A stretch of 61,692 bases of DNA from a virus (lineage: Duplodnaviria > Caudoviricetes), in IMG/VR virus record IMGVR_UViG_3300007734_000739, positions 1 through 61,692 of that record; one strand, written 5' to 3'. This document shows positions 11,201 to 19,887 of this stretch, piece after piece. The position numbers were made by a program, and so were the translations under genes. The notes under the pieces were generated by a model. It saw only the letters and a list, made by a program, of their open reading frames with translations. It was not told where the DNA came from and made no database searches. Position 1 is the first letter of the stretch. Each line of letters opens with the position of its first letter.

Positions 11201-14200
11201 CAAGATTAAACGTGGGGCAAACACAATTCAGAATGTCAAGGAACTGATTTCTTGGGGTTTGACCGATCCAGAGTTTCAGGATTATTTGAGCAAGGTAAAG
11301 GTTGGCGAAACCAATGCGTTGAATCGCATGGTTGAAATCTTCAGAAAGTTTCTTGGCTTGGATGTTAAGTATCAAACTGCTTTGGATGCGGTGGTTAAGA
11401 CAACTGACAATATCTTAGAAACACCCACAGAGACAATTGAAAAAGGTATTGGTCGCGGCATTGGAACCAAGAAGGTTGCGCCTGCTGCGCCTGCTGCGCC
11501 TGCAACAAAACCTGCTGCGCCCACAACGACTAAGCCTGCCGCTAAAGCTGCTCCGCCCAAGTTAACTGCGCCTGCTGGATTTAAATTAAAAGAAGGTCGC
11601 AACGAACAGGTTGTGTTGGCGGCAAGAGAGTTGGCTGCTGGAAGAATTACCAAGCAACAGTATGATGAGTATGTAAATTACTACACTCCCATCGGAGAAA
11701 TACTTGGCGACAAGTTAGAAGCTCCAATTAATGATGATTTAATGCGGTTAATCTTGGTAAACAAGATTCCTCAGAAAAAAGATCCAAAGCTTGTTAATGC
11801 TTCTGTTGCAGACGGCACAAAAGTTGGTTTGCGAATGGACATCCCTGCGTTGGAATGGGGAAGAGATAACGGCGTTAATGGTAGCGTAGTGTCCATCCAC
11901 GAAGGGAAACCCGCAACCAATGCAGCGGCTGGAAAGAATATCAGCTACAAGTCTGCTGGCGTTTTAAAGAATGCGGTGTTTGCCATTCGCTCTGAAGAGA
12001 AAGCGTTTGGCGTTGCTCAAATGAAAGAAGGTCGCGCAGGACAAAAAACACCGCAGCAGACCATTGAAGGTACTTGGGTCAACATGACTCCAGAGGAAAT
12101 CTTTAAGTCTGTTAAGGAAAAACTCAATGATCCAGAGTGGTCACAAGTCAGTCTTGATCCATTGCGTCACTCATATTTCTATGACAGAAAAACAAAGCAG
12201 CCTGTTGTCTCTGCCGATGAAGTGCTGCAAGTAGGTCGCTTTGTCTTGGCAAAGAACGTCAAGTATGCGCCTAGAGAAGAGTTTCTTTATGAGGATGTAG
12301 GTAAAGAACAAGCCGAAGAAGAAAGCGTAGGCGACAAACTAAAAGCCAAAGCCTCTGCTGCACTGCAAAAGCGCAAACCATTGGCACCAGAAAGTTTCCA
12401 AGGCGTTTCTCCTGACTTCCTTGACAAAGCAAATCCTATCTTTGCTCCTCAGAAGAAGACAATCATTGAACGTCTTGAGGATATGAAAGACCGTTTCTGG
12501 CAGCGCCTTGCCCAAGGTATTGCTGACCAGTTCCGCACCATCAAAGAATACAGTGAGCAGGCATACATACTTGCTCGTATGTCAAAGACTGTGGACGGCG
12601 CGCTAGAAGGCCTGATGTTCTATGGTCAAGTCTTTAACGACGGCGGTGCTTTGAATATCAAGCAAGGCACAAAAGGATTGATTGAAATCTTGAAGCCGTT
12701 GGGTAATGAAGTTGACCGTTACCAAATGTGGATTGCTTTGAATCGTGAATCAGAGTTGCCACCCAACAAGCGGTCACAGATAGATAACTTGGAAGAGCTG
12801 GTGCAGCGCAGAAATGAGCTGATTGCTGGTGACATAGATGGTAAGCCCCGTGAGCAGGTTTACAAAGCTGTGCGCACAGAGATGAACAAGCTCAACCGAT
12901 CTGTGCTGAAAGTTGCGTTGGATGCCGGACTGATCGACTCTACGGCAAATGCCATCGACAGACTGAACGCCAGAATCCAAGACACCTTGAACAACGACAA
13001 GCTGTCTGATGCCAAGAAAGATGAGCAGATTGCTGATCTTGAGGCGCAGATTGAAGAGCTACAGAAAAACCCAATTGGCTATGAGCGTTTTATTGCCGAC
13101 ATCAATTACATCCCGTTCTATCGTGAGATGGAAGATGGTGATGTTTCCAAGGTAATGACATCGACTGGTCTGTCGAATCAGCATTTCTCCAAAGCGCTTG
13201 AAGGTGGTGTCAGCCCCTTTGCGGATCTGATGGAAAACACTTTGCGTAACTGGAGTCACATCCTGTCTGCGTCTATGAAGAATCAGGCTGCTGCCGCTAC
13301 GCTGACCGCTGCTGAGAAATTGGGTGGCGCAGAGCCAAACCTCAAAGTGCCGTACTACATGATTGACGGCAAGGTCTACACCCGTGCAAACGATGAGATG
13401 GTGGGCGATGGGTCTGTCAAATCTTGGATGACCACGCAGGGTAAAGGCACAGTCAAGGTAATGGTTGAAGGTCAGCCTGTGTACTACAACGTGCTTGATC
13501 CTTTGCTGCTAGATGCCATCACTTCTATTGGTTACTTGGGGCCAAAGTCTAAGTTCTTGGATGTGGCAAGAGACTTTAAGAATGTCCTCCAGTTTGGCGT
13601 GACCATTTCACCTGCGTTCAAGGTGCGTAACTTGTTCCGTGATTCCATCTCTGCGATGGCTGTCAGTGACCTAAAAAAGAATCCGTTTGCCAACGTGGTT
13701 GAAGGTTGGGCGCTGAGTGATAAGGACAATCCTGCACACATCTCAGCATTGGCTGGCGGTGCGGTGTTTAACTTTGGCTCCATCGTTGAGGGAGATCAAG
13801 CCAAGTTGGTCAGGCGCTTAATCAAGATGGGCGTGAAAGAAGAGCATATTCTGGACACACCTGAGAAGATCAAAGATCAGCTCAAGAAAGCCTTTGACAA
13901 GTATCAGGATTGGGGCAACAAGTCTGAAGCAGCCAACCGCTTGGCTTTGTATCAGCAGTTGATAAACAAAGGCTACGGGCATTTGGAAGCCTCCTACTAT
14001 GCCAGAGACTTGCTGGACTTCTCTATGCAGGGATCATGGCCTGCCTTCCGTCTGCTGACGCAGGTTGTGCCGTTCTTGAATGCCCGTGTACAGGGTCTGT
14101 ACAAGCTGGGTAAGGACGGCATCAATCCTACTGTGCGGGTGTTCTACAACTCCATCACAGGTAAGCCGATTGAGCAGACTGATAAACAGAAAGCCGAGTC

Positions 14201-15155
14201 CTTTGGAATCGTTACCAGCGCTGTGTGCCTTGCATCCTTAGCCTTGTACTTTGCCTTCAAGGACGATGACGAGTTTAAGAAGCGGGATGAATGGGATCGG
14301 GATAACTTCTGGTGGTTCAAGCTGCCCGGCATGGACTATGCGCTGCGCATTCCCAAGCCGTTTGAGATTGGCGCATTTGGCACATTGGCTGAACGCACTG
14401 CCGAGCAGATCTTTGACAAGGGCGCAGAAGGTAAGCAGTTTGAGCAGTCTTTGGGTCGCATGATTACAGACACCTTTGCGTTTAACCTGCCGCAGTTTAT
14501 GAAGCCGCTGGTGGACTTGTATGCCAATAAGGATTCATTCACTGGTGCGCCTATTGAATCTGCTGGCATGGAGCGTTTATCCAAGCAAGAACGTGCGACA
14601 GACACCACCAGCCCCTTGGCTATTGCCTTGGGTGGATTGAGCAGCATAGGCCCCGGAGAAGGCCTGTCTCCTGTGCAGGTGGACTATGCCATCAAAGCCT
14701 ACTTTGGATGGCTTGGCGGCACCATTGCTGAGGCATCACACTATGCTGTCATGCCGTTCAAACAGGGCGCATATCCTGACACCAAGTGGGTAGACAAGGT
14801 GAGCGTTGGATTCATCAAGTCGCTGCCTGCCAACCAGTCCAAGTATGCAACCGCCTTCTATGAGAACAACAAAGAAATCAGTCAGGCATACGCTGACATG
14901 CGGCACTACGCTGAGATTGGGGATTCCGACAAGGTGTTGAAAATCTTGGAAGAGAAGAAGGACAAGATTGCCCTGTCCAAGTTCTACGACAAGACCGCCA
15001 AGAGCATGGCTAAGGTCAGGCTGCAAATCCGTGTGATTATGAATGACACTACGATGAGTGGCGCTGCCAAGCGAGAAGAGATTGACCGATTAAAAGAGAT
15101 CATCTCCATGCTGGCACAACAGGCCGAGGACACACGCAAAGCTTACGGGAAATAG
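8238..15155 (+). CDS. large polyvalent ejection protein: DdrB-like ParB domain, zincin-like HExxH domain, LPD38-like C-terminus
   Basis: 2305 aa; LQNRDRATPAS...VAGNGR (ParB-like), ILHELLH, C-terminal WDRDNFWWF...IPKPFEIG. Confidence 0.8.
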   Translation: MPRNITVTFDDGSSHVYQNAPDDVTPDAVASRAKKEFGKNVTALDGGRAAPAAPAKPPERTYGEAAQDVAGKLISGTGSLVQFPGQLYGLATGDFSKTGLLGAGEDIQKYGESLLSPALKAKEEARAQKIQEAEKTGQLAAAGTAFTETVKDPALLVGFLVEQVPQLIPALLTGGGTAALTAAGIASKEAAALVASGAAKEAAQIAAKEIAAKKAGELGAKAAVGMGAVQQGADVGAGAYEDIYKAAIAKGIPEAEAAKTALNAARAAGASGAIISLLAQRLPGARTLEESFAGVPGTTGRLLGAGKGLLGESVGEVTEEGGGKFTQNLAMREVNPEQDLLAGVGQAAGMAAIGGGGMGAIAGGLRTPETKPVEPPGKPKVETLPPAPEVPPEAPPTAAKPPPPPPEPKKEFKPADVEALANYTEGLPEDAADVFQRLQNRDRATPASIQQMQGIASNPDYDRLKTSPDFGSGAPVVISDIKIPDSQMGRQDIVTASDGRKIPVQYAVVDAGDLMPSHTASGQTNTEYGNVTTPAIRPVAGNGRVAGLQAAYNLDAASDYRAALQLDTQHGVDQGAILDMERPVLVRIMPKSYVTPDIGDVSNVAGQLRLNPVEAAKNDVNRFDLEGLQFNEDGGINANSVIQFIRAMPKEEQGELIDKNGAPNAIAFDRLNNAVFYKAYGSDSLIDLYAQAADPEAKLILQGLAKAAPSVSQLEGAGEYDIRPNIVEAAELAVNARRQGIKLKDFVDQGQLGVDPNTIAVLEMFAEHGRSGKRMGELLSNLADKAYDQAQAGEDMFGEKPKLPLADVFKALKPEAAPDLFTEPPKLPEVPEPKDFVAKKSMEEIAKEIKGMTATELSQWAVDNAPNSAAKAIAEKVLIRIKELDARNFFDKPVEVLNRDNLTYRGRFTYALNFSYGRLKFAGLKNGKAHSGTGTRYITILHELLHAATVPALSTRGKDYNDLTVVLNKVKKQINEDQKAGKTHPVFDKIKRGANTIQNVKELISWGLTDPEFQDYLSKVKVGETNALNRMVEIFRKFLGLDVKYQTALDAVVKTTDNILETPTETIEKGIGRGIGTKKVAPAAPAAPATKPAAPTTTKPAAKAAPPKLTAPAGFKLKEGRNEQVVLAARELAAGRITKQQYDEYVNYYTPIGEILGDKLEAPINDDLMRLILVNKIPQKKDPKLVNASVADGTKVGLRMDIPALEWGRDNGVNGSVVSIHEGKPATNAAAGKNISYKSAGVLKNAVFAIRSEEKAFGVAQMKEGRAGQKTPQQTIEGTWVNMTPEEIFKSVKEKLNDPEWSQVSLDPLRHSYFYDRKTKQPVVSADEVLQVGRFVLAKNVKYAPREEFLYEDVGKEQAEEESVGDKLKAKASAALQKRKPLAPESFQGVSPDFLDKANPIFAPQKKTIIERLEDMKDRFWQRLAQGIADQFRTIKEYSEQAYILARMSKTVDGALEGLMFYGQVFNDGGALNIKQGTKGLIEILKPLGNEVDRYQMWIALNRESELPPNKRSQIDNLEELVQRRNELIAGDIDGKPREQVYKAVRTEMNKLNRSVLKVALDAGLIDSTANAIDRLNARIQDTLNNDKLSDAKKDEQIADLEAQIEELQKNPIGYERFIADINYIPFYREMEDGDVSKVMTSTGLSNQHFSKALEGGVSPFADLMENTLRNWSHILSASMKNQAAAATLTAAEKLGGAEPNLKVPYYMIDGKVYTRANDEMVGDGSVKSWMTTQGKGTVKVMVEGQPVYYNVLDPLLLDAITSIGYLGPKSKFLDVARDFKNVLQFGVTISPAFKVRNLFRDSISAMAVSDLKKNPFANVVEGWALSDKDNPAHISALAGGAVFNFGSIVEGDQAKLVRRLIKMGVKEEHILDTPEKIKDQLKKAFDKYQDWGNKSEAANRLALYQQLINKGYGHLEASYYARDLLDFSMQGSWPAFRLLTQVVPFLNARVQGLYKLGKDGINPTVRVFYNSITGKPIEQTDKQKAESFGIVTSAVCLASLALYFAFKDDDEFKKRDEWDRDNFWWFKLPGMDYALRIPKPFEIGAFGTLAERTAEQIFDKGAEGKQFEQSLGRMITDTFAFNLPQFMKPLVDLYANKDSFTGAPIESAGMERLSKQERATDTTSPLAIALGGLSSIGPGEGLSPVQVDYAIKAYFGWLGGTIAEASHYAVMPFKQGAYPDTKWVDKVSVGFIKSLPANQSKYATAFYENNKEISQAYADMRHYAEIGDSDKVLKILEEKKDKIALSKFYDKTAKSMAKVRLQIRVIMNDTTMSGAAKREEIDRLKEIISMLAQQAEDTRKAYGK

Positions 15156-15169
15156 TGGTAACGTTTCCA
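15156..15169. promoter_or_regulatory. TGGWAACGTTWCCA palindrome filling the gap between convergent stop codons
   Basis: TAG-TGGTAACGTTTCCA-CTA; one of 12 exact copies. Confidence 0.75.
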
Positions 15170-16009
15170 CTAATCTCCGCAAAAACAAGACAAGCCTTCT
15201 TCGTTTGGGTCGAATAGGTTTGTCTGTGCTTGCGAGTAGGTAAGCATAGACGCATATCCCGGCCTGTCAGTTCGGAACTTATCGCCATCCTTAATCTTTG
15301 GGATATCAATGGATGATTCCATTTTTGCCCACCAAGTAGCCCTGCTTGGTTTTTCTGCAATCAAAGAAAATATTTGTGACGCACCTTTGAGAAAACAAAG
15401 ATCACAGTTTCCGTGATAGGTAATGCCGTTGATATTTGGCAAGCCCAAGTCAAACGGCTGCTCGCGCCAAAACTTACCTACATCTTCTTTGGTTATTCCA
15501 TCTTGAGCAAGCGGCATATATCTTGTTACGCCTTTTCTCCCGTCAGATGGATTGGCTCTGATCTTTGCCACCCGCCGCTGTTCATCCGCCCTGATTCCAA
15601 TAAGGTTGTCCCACTCAGTCCAACCAATTCCTTTTAGGTATCTTTCAAAGGTTAAGATTTTTAAATCGACAGTGCAAAACCTAGCGATGGGATTTGGCAA
15701 ATAATTCTTTTTCTTGATGAGCGCCTCAAACGGCTCCCCGTTTCTACTGGCTGTTTCGTATGTCACCACCTCGTATGGTGGTTCAGCATCACGATATTCC
15801 AGCCAAACTATTGGAACATTCCAATTGGTTTCGCAATCATGGACAAACTTCAGTGTGGCCTCATCCTCTTTGCCTGTATTGGCAAACATGACCACGGCCT
15901 CCTCTGGTAATCCATTGTTTTCTTGAAGCACACGCCAAAGCAAATAAGCTGATGTCCTGCCGCCGCTAAACGAAATGCAAGTTGGCGCATCTATTTTGTA
16001 TGGATTCAT
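15170..16009 (-). CDS. PAPS reductase (CysH-like) family protein
   Basis: PP-loop ISFSGGRTS, FANTGKE, RFCTVDLK, GIRADE, GNCDLCF, terminal CFCGD. Confidence 0.88.
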   Translation of the reverse strand: MNPYKIDAPTCISFSGGRTSAYLLWRVLQENNGLPEEAVVMFANTGKEDEATLKFVHDCETNWNVPIVWLEYRDAEPPYEVVTYETASRNGEPFEALIKKKNYLPNPIARFCTVDLKILTFERYLKGIGWTEWDNLIGIRADEQRRVAKIRANPSDGRKGVTRYMPLAQDGITKEDVGKFWREQPFDLGLPNINGITYHGNCDLCFLKGASQIFSLIAEKPSRATWWAKMESSIDIPKIKDGDKFRTDRPGYASMLTYSQAQTNLFDPNEEGLSCFCGD

Positions 16010-16269
16010 TGAGCGTCCAAAAGCCTTTCGATGGTTATGTTTAGAGCATCAAGCTCATTCATTTTCTTGATCTTCCACATCCGTTTTTGTCCATGCCAGC
16101 CCATCATGGAACCTTGGTGGCAGTCTTTACACAGAGCAACCACGCAATACTGAAGTGACTGTTCTATGTGGTGAGCATCTGATGGGGCAGGCGCATCACA
16201 GACAGAGCAAGGGAGCATCTTTACTCTGCCTATGTGAGCCTTTTGTTTAGCGGATAGATTGTTGTTCAA
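16006..16269 (-). CDS. small Zn-binding HNH-type nuclease (Ref/DUF968-like)
   Basis: LPCSVC...DAHHI...ALCKDCHQG...GWHG. Confidence 0.7.
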   Translation of the reverse strand: MNNNLSAKQKAHIGRVKMLPCSVCDAPAPSDAHHIEQSLQYCVVALCKDCHQGSMMGWHGQKRMWKIKKMNELDALNITIERLLDAQ

Positions 16270-16441
16270 CTTTGCGCAATTCTTTAAAGACCCAAACCAT
16301 TGTGCTGTTCAGGTCGTGAGTGATTGCCTCATTCAATTCATATATGCCATCGTAATTTTTGTGAAGCAGCTTTTCGTTCATTGCCTTTAGGTTTTTCTCT
16401 ACCCGCAACAAATAGGCAGACCAGTCATCCAAATCTTGCAT
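16247..16441 (-). CDS. hypothetical protein
   Basis: 64 aa, overlaps neighbours in leftward operon. Confidence 0.6.
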   Translation of the reverse strand: MQDLDDWSAYLLRVEKNLKAMNEKLLHKNYDGIYELNEAITHDLNSTMVWVFKELRKVEQQSIR

Positions 16442-16634
16442 TTCTTTCCCTTATCATGTCTTCTGCTATGTCATAGGCTGTCTTGGAAAAGTCTGGCATT
16501 GTCATACCAGTCTCGCTGATTAAGGCTTGCATTACCTTAGCCGCAAAGTAATCCACCAGCATCATGCCTTCATCGTACCCGTTGGATACGGGAGCCATGT
16601 TCTGCCAATTGTTTGTTGGAAATGCGCTCTTCAT
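16425..16634 (-). CDS. small phage protein, GMTLRDYFAAKAM-type family
   Basis: AFP...GMMLVDYFAAKVMQALI; paralog of 21911..22141. Confidence 0.7.
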   Translation of the reverse strand: MKSAFPTNNWQNMAPVSNGYDEGMMLVDYFAAKVMQALISETGMTMPDFSKTAYDIAEDMIRERNARFG

Positions 16635-16825
16635 AATCTTTTCTCCCTTTCTTTCATCATGGCCTCCGCCCTGTTGAAGGCATACTCTGCTGCTATTTCG
16701 TGTGGTTGAGTAGAAGCCATCACAGCAAAGGCTGCGTACCAGTCAAGCATTGTGATTTCTTGGATGGACACAGGCTCAGGCTTTGGAACAAGGGCTTCAA
16801 TGCCCTCAGACTTTTTTCGCACCAT
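16631..16825 (-). CDS. hypothetical protein
   Basis: 64 aa; ITMLDWYAAFA resembles neighbour. Confidence 0.6.
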   Translation of the reverse strand: MVRKKSEGIEALVPKPEPVSIQEITMLDWYAAFAVMASTQPHEIAAEYAFNRAEAMMKEREKRL

Positions 16826-17123
16826 GTTTGCCCCCTACGGATTGATTGAGAATCATGGCTCCAATCTGCGCAGAAAGAATATCGGCAATAGATTCGCCAC
16901 CCACGGAAATACTGCTGGCGCTCTCGTTCTCTTGGACAACAGCAATCGCATCTCTCAGCCCTTTGTTGTAGCCGCCATTGAACACATCATCGCCTTCTAC
17001 GATCAAGGTGATCGCGTCACGCACCAGCGCAGTGGCTTTGCGTTGACCCGCTGCCTCTTTCAGTTTTAAATAAATATCCTCTCTCAGGTGTACAGAGTAG
17101 GGGATCAGCCGTTTCGTTTCCAT
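16806..17123 (-). CDS. hypothetical protein, possible ribbon-helix-helix N-terminus
   Basis: YSVHLREDIYLKLKEAA...ALVRDAI. Confidence 0.55.
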   Translation of the reverse strand: METKRLIPYSVHLREDIYLKLKEAAGQRKATALVRDAITLIVEGDDVFNGGYNKGLRDAIAVVQENESASSISVGGESIADILSAQIGAMILNQSVGGKHGAKKV

Positions 17124-17530
17124 GCTTTAAATTCCTCGTTGATGTTTAATAAAGTTTGTGATGCCTCTGCGTTGGTCTTCAGCTCGGTGCGTGAAATGAC
17201 ACCCAACTCAGAACGCAACCAGTCTGTTGCCAGCTTTGTGTTGGCCTCTGGAATAAGTCCCAGCGACACCAACCACTCATGGAATTTTGGGTCGTTGCAT
17301 AAAATTCCTGCAAGCTGCACCACATCGCGTGGCAAGTCGTGATCTCTGTTCATTGGCTTTTCTTCGCCGTTGAGTCTGACCATTACCACCTGATAACGTG
17401 CGCCAACAAAATCACGCAGGATTTCGTCAGGCACTTCGTCAGGATGAATAGACAGGGTAAGTACATACCCCGTCTTATCCTGTTTCATTGCTACTTTTAC
17501 GCCCTCAAACTGACTGGTCTTCATGGTCAA
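17105..17530 (-). CDS. hypothetical protein
   Basis: 141-aa ORF in coupled operon. Confidence 0.7.
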   Translation of the reverse strand: MTMKTSQFEGVKVAMKQDKTGYVLTLSIHPDEVPDEILRDFVGARYQVVMVRLNGEEKPMNRDHDLPRDVVQLAGILCNDPKFHEWLVSLGLIPEANTKLATDWLRSELGVISRTELKTNAEASQTLLNINEEFKAWKRNG

Positions 17531-17835
17531 AAGGGTACGTCTTGGTCATCAAGTTTGTCAAACTTGGGCGCAGGTTCAGCGGCCTTGGGCGGCACATAGG
17601 GGTTGTCTTTTGGCTTGGGCTTGTAGTTATTCCAAGACATCCGATACCACTCTCCGTATTGGCCTGTCATCTTCCATACGCCAAGCTTGATAATGATGTC
17701 ATCTCCATCGTGTTCCTCCAGCAGCTGCTTGAGGGCTGATCTTTCCATAACCAGTTCGCCCACCATGTCAGGTTTTGCAGGGGTGTCTTTGTACTTGTTT
17801 GCGGAAAGCTTTCCACTGTTTGGATACTGTGCCAT
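17527..17835 (-). CDS. single-stranded DNA-binding-like protein
   Basis: acidic tail DDQDVPF; next to ERF recombinase. Confidence 0.6.
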   Translation of the reverse strand: MAQYPNSGKLSANKYKDTPAKPDMVGELVMERSALKQLLEEHDGDDIIIKLGVWKMTGQYGEWYRMSWNNYKPKPKDNPYVPPKAAEPAPKFDKLDDQDVPF

Positions 17836-17837
17836 TT

Positions 17838-18509
17838 TTATTCCTTGAAGTTATCTTTGCGAGCTTTGAATTCACCAAGCAAAGTTTGGTATTGATCTGC
17901 GTCCAAGTCTTTCATCTTGTCAAAGATTTCTCTGTTGACCTTGAAGATATTGGTCACATCACTTTCTGATGCAGCAGCTTGCAATTGGATGGCTGCTGAA
18001 CTTTTCACAAGATCAATCCACTCTTGAATGGAGCAGTTCTCGTCAGCCGTTATGGAAAGTTTCCACTCGCCTGTGTTCTTGCCTTCCATCTTTGTTGGTG
18101 GTTTCTTTGGGGTCACCTTTACAGGCTCAGATTTCTCTTCCTGTTTGGTTGCGTCCACGGAATCAGCCTCGACAATCTCCATCGCTAGTAGCCACAGATA
18201 CCTACGCAAATAGGTATGTGTGCTACCTAGCAACTGAATGGGCTGACCTTTGGCGGCCTCAGCGTAGACGATGGGCGTAGAGAATTCAATCTTGCCTTCG
18301 CCTTCTGCGTCATAGACTGTCAGGGTTGCTGTGTCACCAAAGGTAACAACACCGCACAGGCCAACCTCATCAAAGATTTTGTGGACTGTAGGAATGAAGT
18401 CACCCAGTTCGTAGTATTGCCATCCACCATAGGTGTTCAGGCCTGATTTTTTTATGTTGGCTCTCGAAAGCTGCAATCTAGCAGCTTGCAGTTTTTTATA
18501 GACTGACAT
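17838..18509 (-). CDS. erf: ERF-family ssDNA annealing protein
   Basis: MSVYKKLQAAR...KKSGLN...YYELGDF...IQLLGSTHTYLRRY; true start ATG 18509 after AGGA. Confidence 0.85.
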   Translation of the reverse strand: MSVYKKLQAARLQLSRANIKKSGLNTYGGWQYYELGDFIPTVHKIFDEVGLCGVVTFGDTATLTVYDAEGEGKIEFSTPIVYAEAAKGQPIQLLGSTHTYLRRYLWLLAMEIVEADSVDATKQEEKSEPVKVTPKKPPTKMEGKNTGEWKLSITADENCSIQEWIDLVKSSAAIQLQAAASESDVTNIFKVNREIFDKMKDLDADQYQTLLGEFKARKDNFKE

Positions 18510-18517
18510 TGGTTTCC

Positions 18518-18667
18518 TTAATAGCAAGTTGTGTTGCAAGAATTGCCGTAGCAGCAAGTGGTGCAAGTGACAGTGCGCCCGTTTTGGGAGTAGGTGCTGT
18601 AGGTGCATGATGCCCAAACCATTGTGGTGGAGGCGGCAATCCAAACGGCAAAAAGAACTTTTTTCAT
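18518..18667 (-). CDS. secreted cysteine-rich mini-protein, 49 aa (missing from ORF track)
   Basis: MKKVLFAVWIAASTTMVWA-SCTYSTYSQNGRTVTCTTCCYGNSCNTTCY; AAGGA RBS; ATGA overlap with upstream gene. Confidence 0.8.
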   Translation of the reverse strand: MKKVLFAVWIAASTTMVWASCTYSTYSQNGRTVTCTTCCYGNSCNTTCY

Positions 18668-19536
18668 GGTGTTTCCTTTGATGAAAGATAGGTTTGATAC
18701 TGACTACAAAATGCGCTGACCTGACAGTAGGATTCACATCGTGTGCGCGAACCGGGGCGGTGTTCAATGAAGTAGCCTTTTGGGGGCATCGCTAACTCCG
18801 CCTCGTCCCTACTGTCGTGCAACGACTTTGCTCTTACGCCGCCTTCTTTCTTGACGGCAAATTTCTCTGGCTTTTCCCACATCTCTTCTGCTGTGCATTC
18901 AGCCATCTCTCCATCTGTTTCGCTGTCGAAATAGGCTGCACTGTGCAAGTGGATGCGTTCATTGATGTATGCCTCTCTCTGTTCCATAGGCCACAAAGGT
19001 ATGTCTATTGTGGCAATGGGTGAGGATGGATAACCTTCTTTGGCTGTGTCTCTTGCTGACCAATCACGCACGATGGCAATGATCTGAAGTTTCTTGACAG
19101 GCTGTTTCTTTACCTTCTCTACCAGCCACGCATAGATGTTGAGCTGGTTGTGCCAGTCCTGTTTCTCATTCATCACAGACCATGCGCCTGTGACTTTGTA
19201 ATCGGAGATGATGATTCCATCCTCTTCAACTTCTTGTAGGTCAATCGCCCCGCTGAGTTTCCATCCCTCATGCTCGGCAAAGATACGTTCCTCCACGATG
19301 TGATGGGAATCTTTTCCATGCTCAAGAATGTTGTGAACGGCAGAGCCGAACAGCGCCCATACCATCTCGCTGGCATCAGTCTCAATCTCATCCCAATGCT
19401 TGCGTTTGAGTTGTACGATACGAGGGCTGTTGAGCAACTCTGTCACGGATATGTTTGCCTTCCCCTTGGTATAGGTCGGGCGTTGAATGACATTGACGAA
19501 TGTCTGCGGCAGTCCAAATTTGTTTGTTAGTTTCAT
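18664..19536 (-). CDS. PD-(D/E)XK family exonuclease
   Basis: GSAVHNILE, LSGAIDL, ISDYKVT, QLNIYAW, C-terminal RCESYCQVSAFC. Confidence 0.82.
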   Translation of the reverse strand: MKLTNKFGLPQTFVNVIQRPTYTKGKANISVTELLNSPRIVQLKRKHWDEIETDASEMVWALFGSAVHNILEHGKDSHHIVEERIFAEHEGWKLSGAIDLQEVEEDGIIISDYKVTGAWSVMNEKQDWHNQLNIYAWLVEKVKKQPVKKLQIIAIVRDWSARDTAKEGYPSSPIATIDIPLWPMEQREAYINERIHLHSAAYFDSETDGEMAECTAEEMWEKPEKFAVKKEGGVRAKSLHDSRDEAELAMPPKGYFIEHRPGSRTRCESYCQVSAFCSQYQTYLSSKETP

Positions 19537-19538
19537 GG

Positions 19539-19778
19539 CTAGTCTTCCAGCAAACCAATTTCTTTTAGAAACGCTGGTGTCGAATCGTAAAAGGATCTAC
19601 AGATTTCAAGATACTGATCTCTCGGTATGTTGTAAATATGGGCGCTAACCGCAGTCCCAATTCCAAAAATTGTCTGAACAACCATTGGATCTTCGCCATC
19701 CATTACCCATTTGTTCATGGTTTCTATAGCTATATCCAAAGCGCGATCTGCTCTTTCTCCATCCAATTTATCATTCAT
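19539..19778 (-). CDS. hypothetical protein, first gene of leftward recombination operon
   Basis: 79 aa, strong RBS GGAGGA. Confidence 0.7.
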   Translation of the reverse strand: MNDKLDGERADRALDIAIETMNKWVMDGEDPMVVQTIFGIGTAVSAHIYNIPRDQYLEICRSFYDSTPAFLKEIGLLED

Positions 19779-19810
19779 TTATTATCCTCCTGTCTGTTGA
19801 TTGGCATTGC

Positions 19811-19839
19811 AATATACCTGATGAATTGTGTGATGTCAA
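19811..19839 (-). promoter_or_regulatory. sigma70-type promoter for leftward operon
   Basis: minus strand TTGACA-17 nt-TATATT. Confidence 0.75.
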
Positions 19840-19871
19840 GCGGTATGTTATAACTGGTACATTCAAAACTC

Positions 19872-19885
19872 TGGAAACGTTACCA
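19872..19885. promoter_or_regulatory. TGGWAACGTTWCCA palindrome 2 nt upstream of ATG 19888
   Basis: TGGAAACGTTACCA in the divergent control region. Confidence 0.7.
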
Positions 19886-19887
19886 CT

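Noticed and set aside
295-15026. Numerous short antisense and alternate-frame ORFs over the ejection genes
   Set aside because: Shadows of long biased-codon genes with no RBS or recognisable motifs
18510-18767. N-terminal extension of ERF in the ORF track
   Set aside because: Shadow of the Cys-rich mini-gene and nuclease 3' end; ERF has its own RBS and ATG at 18509
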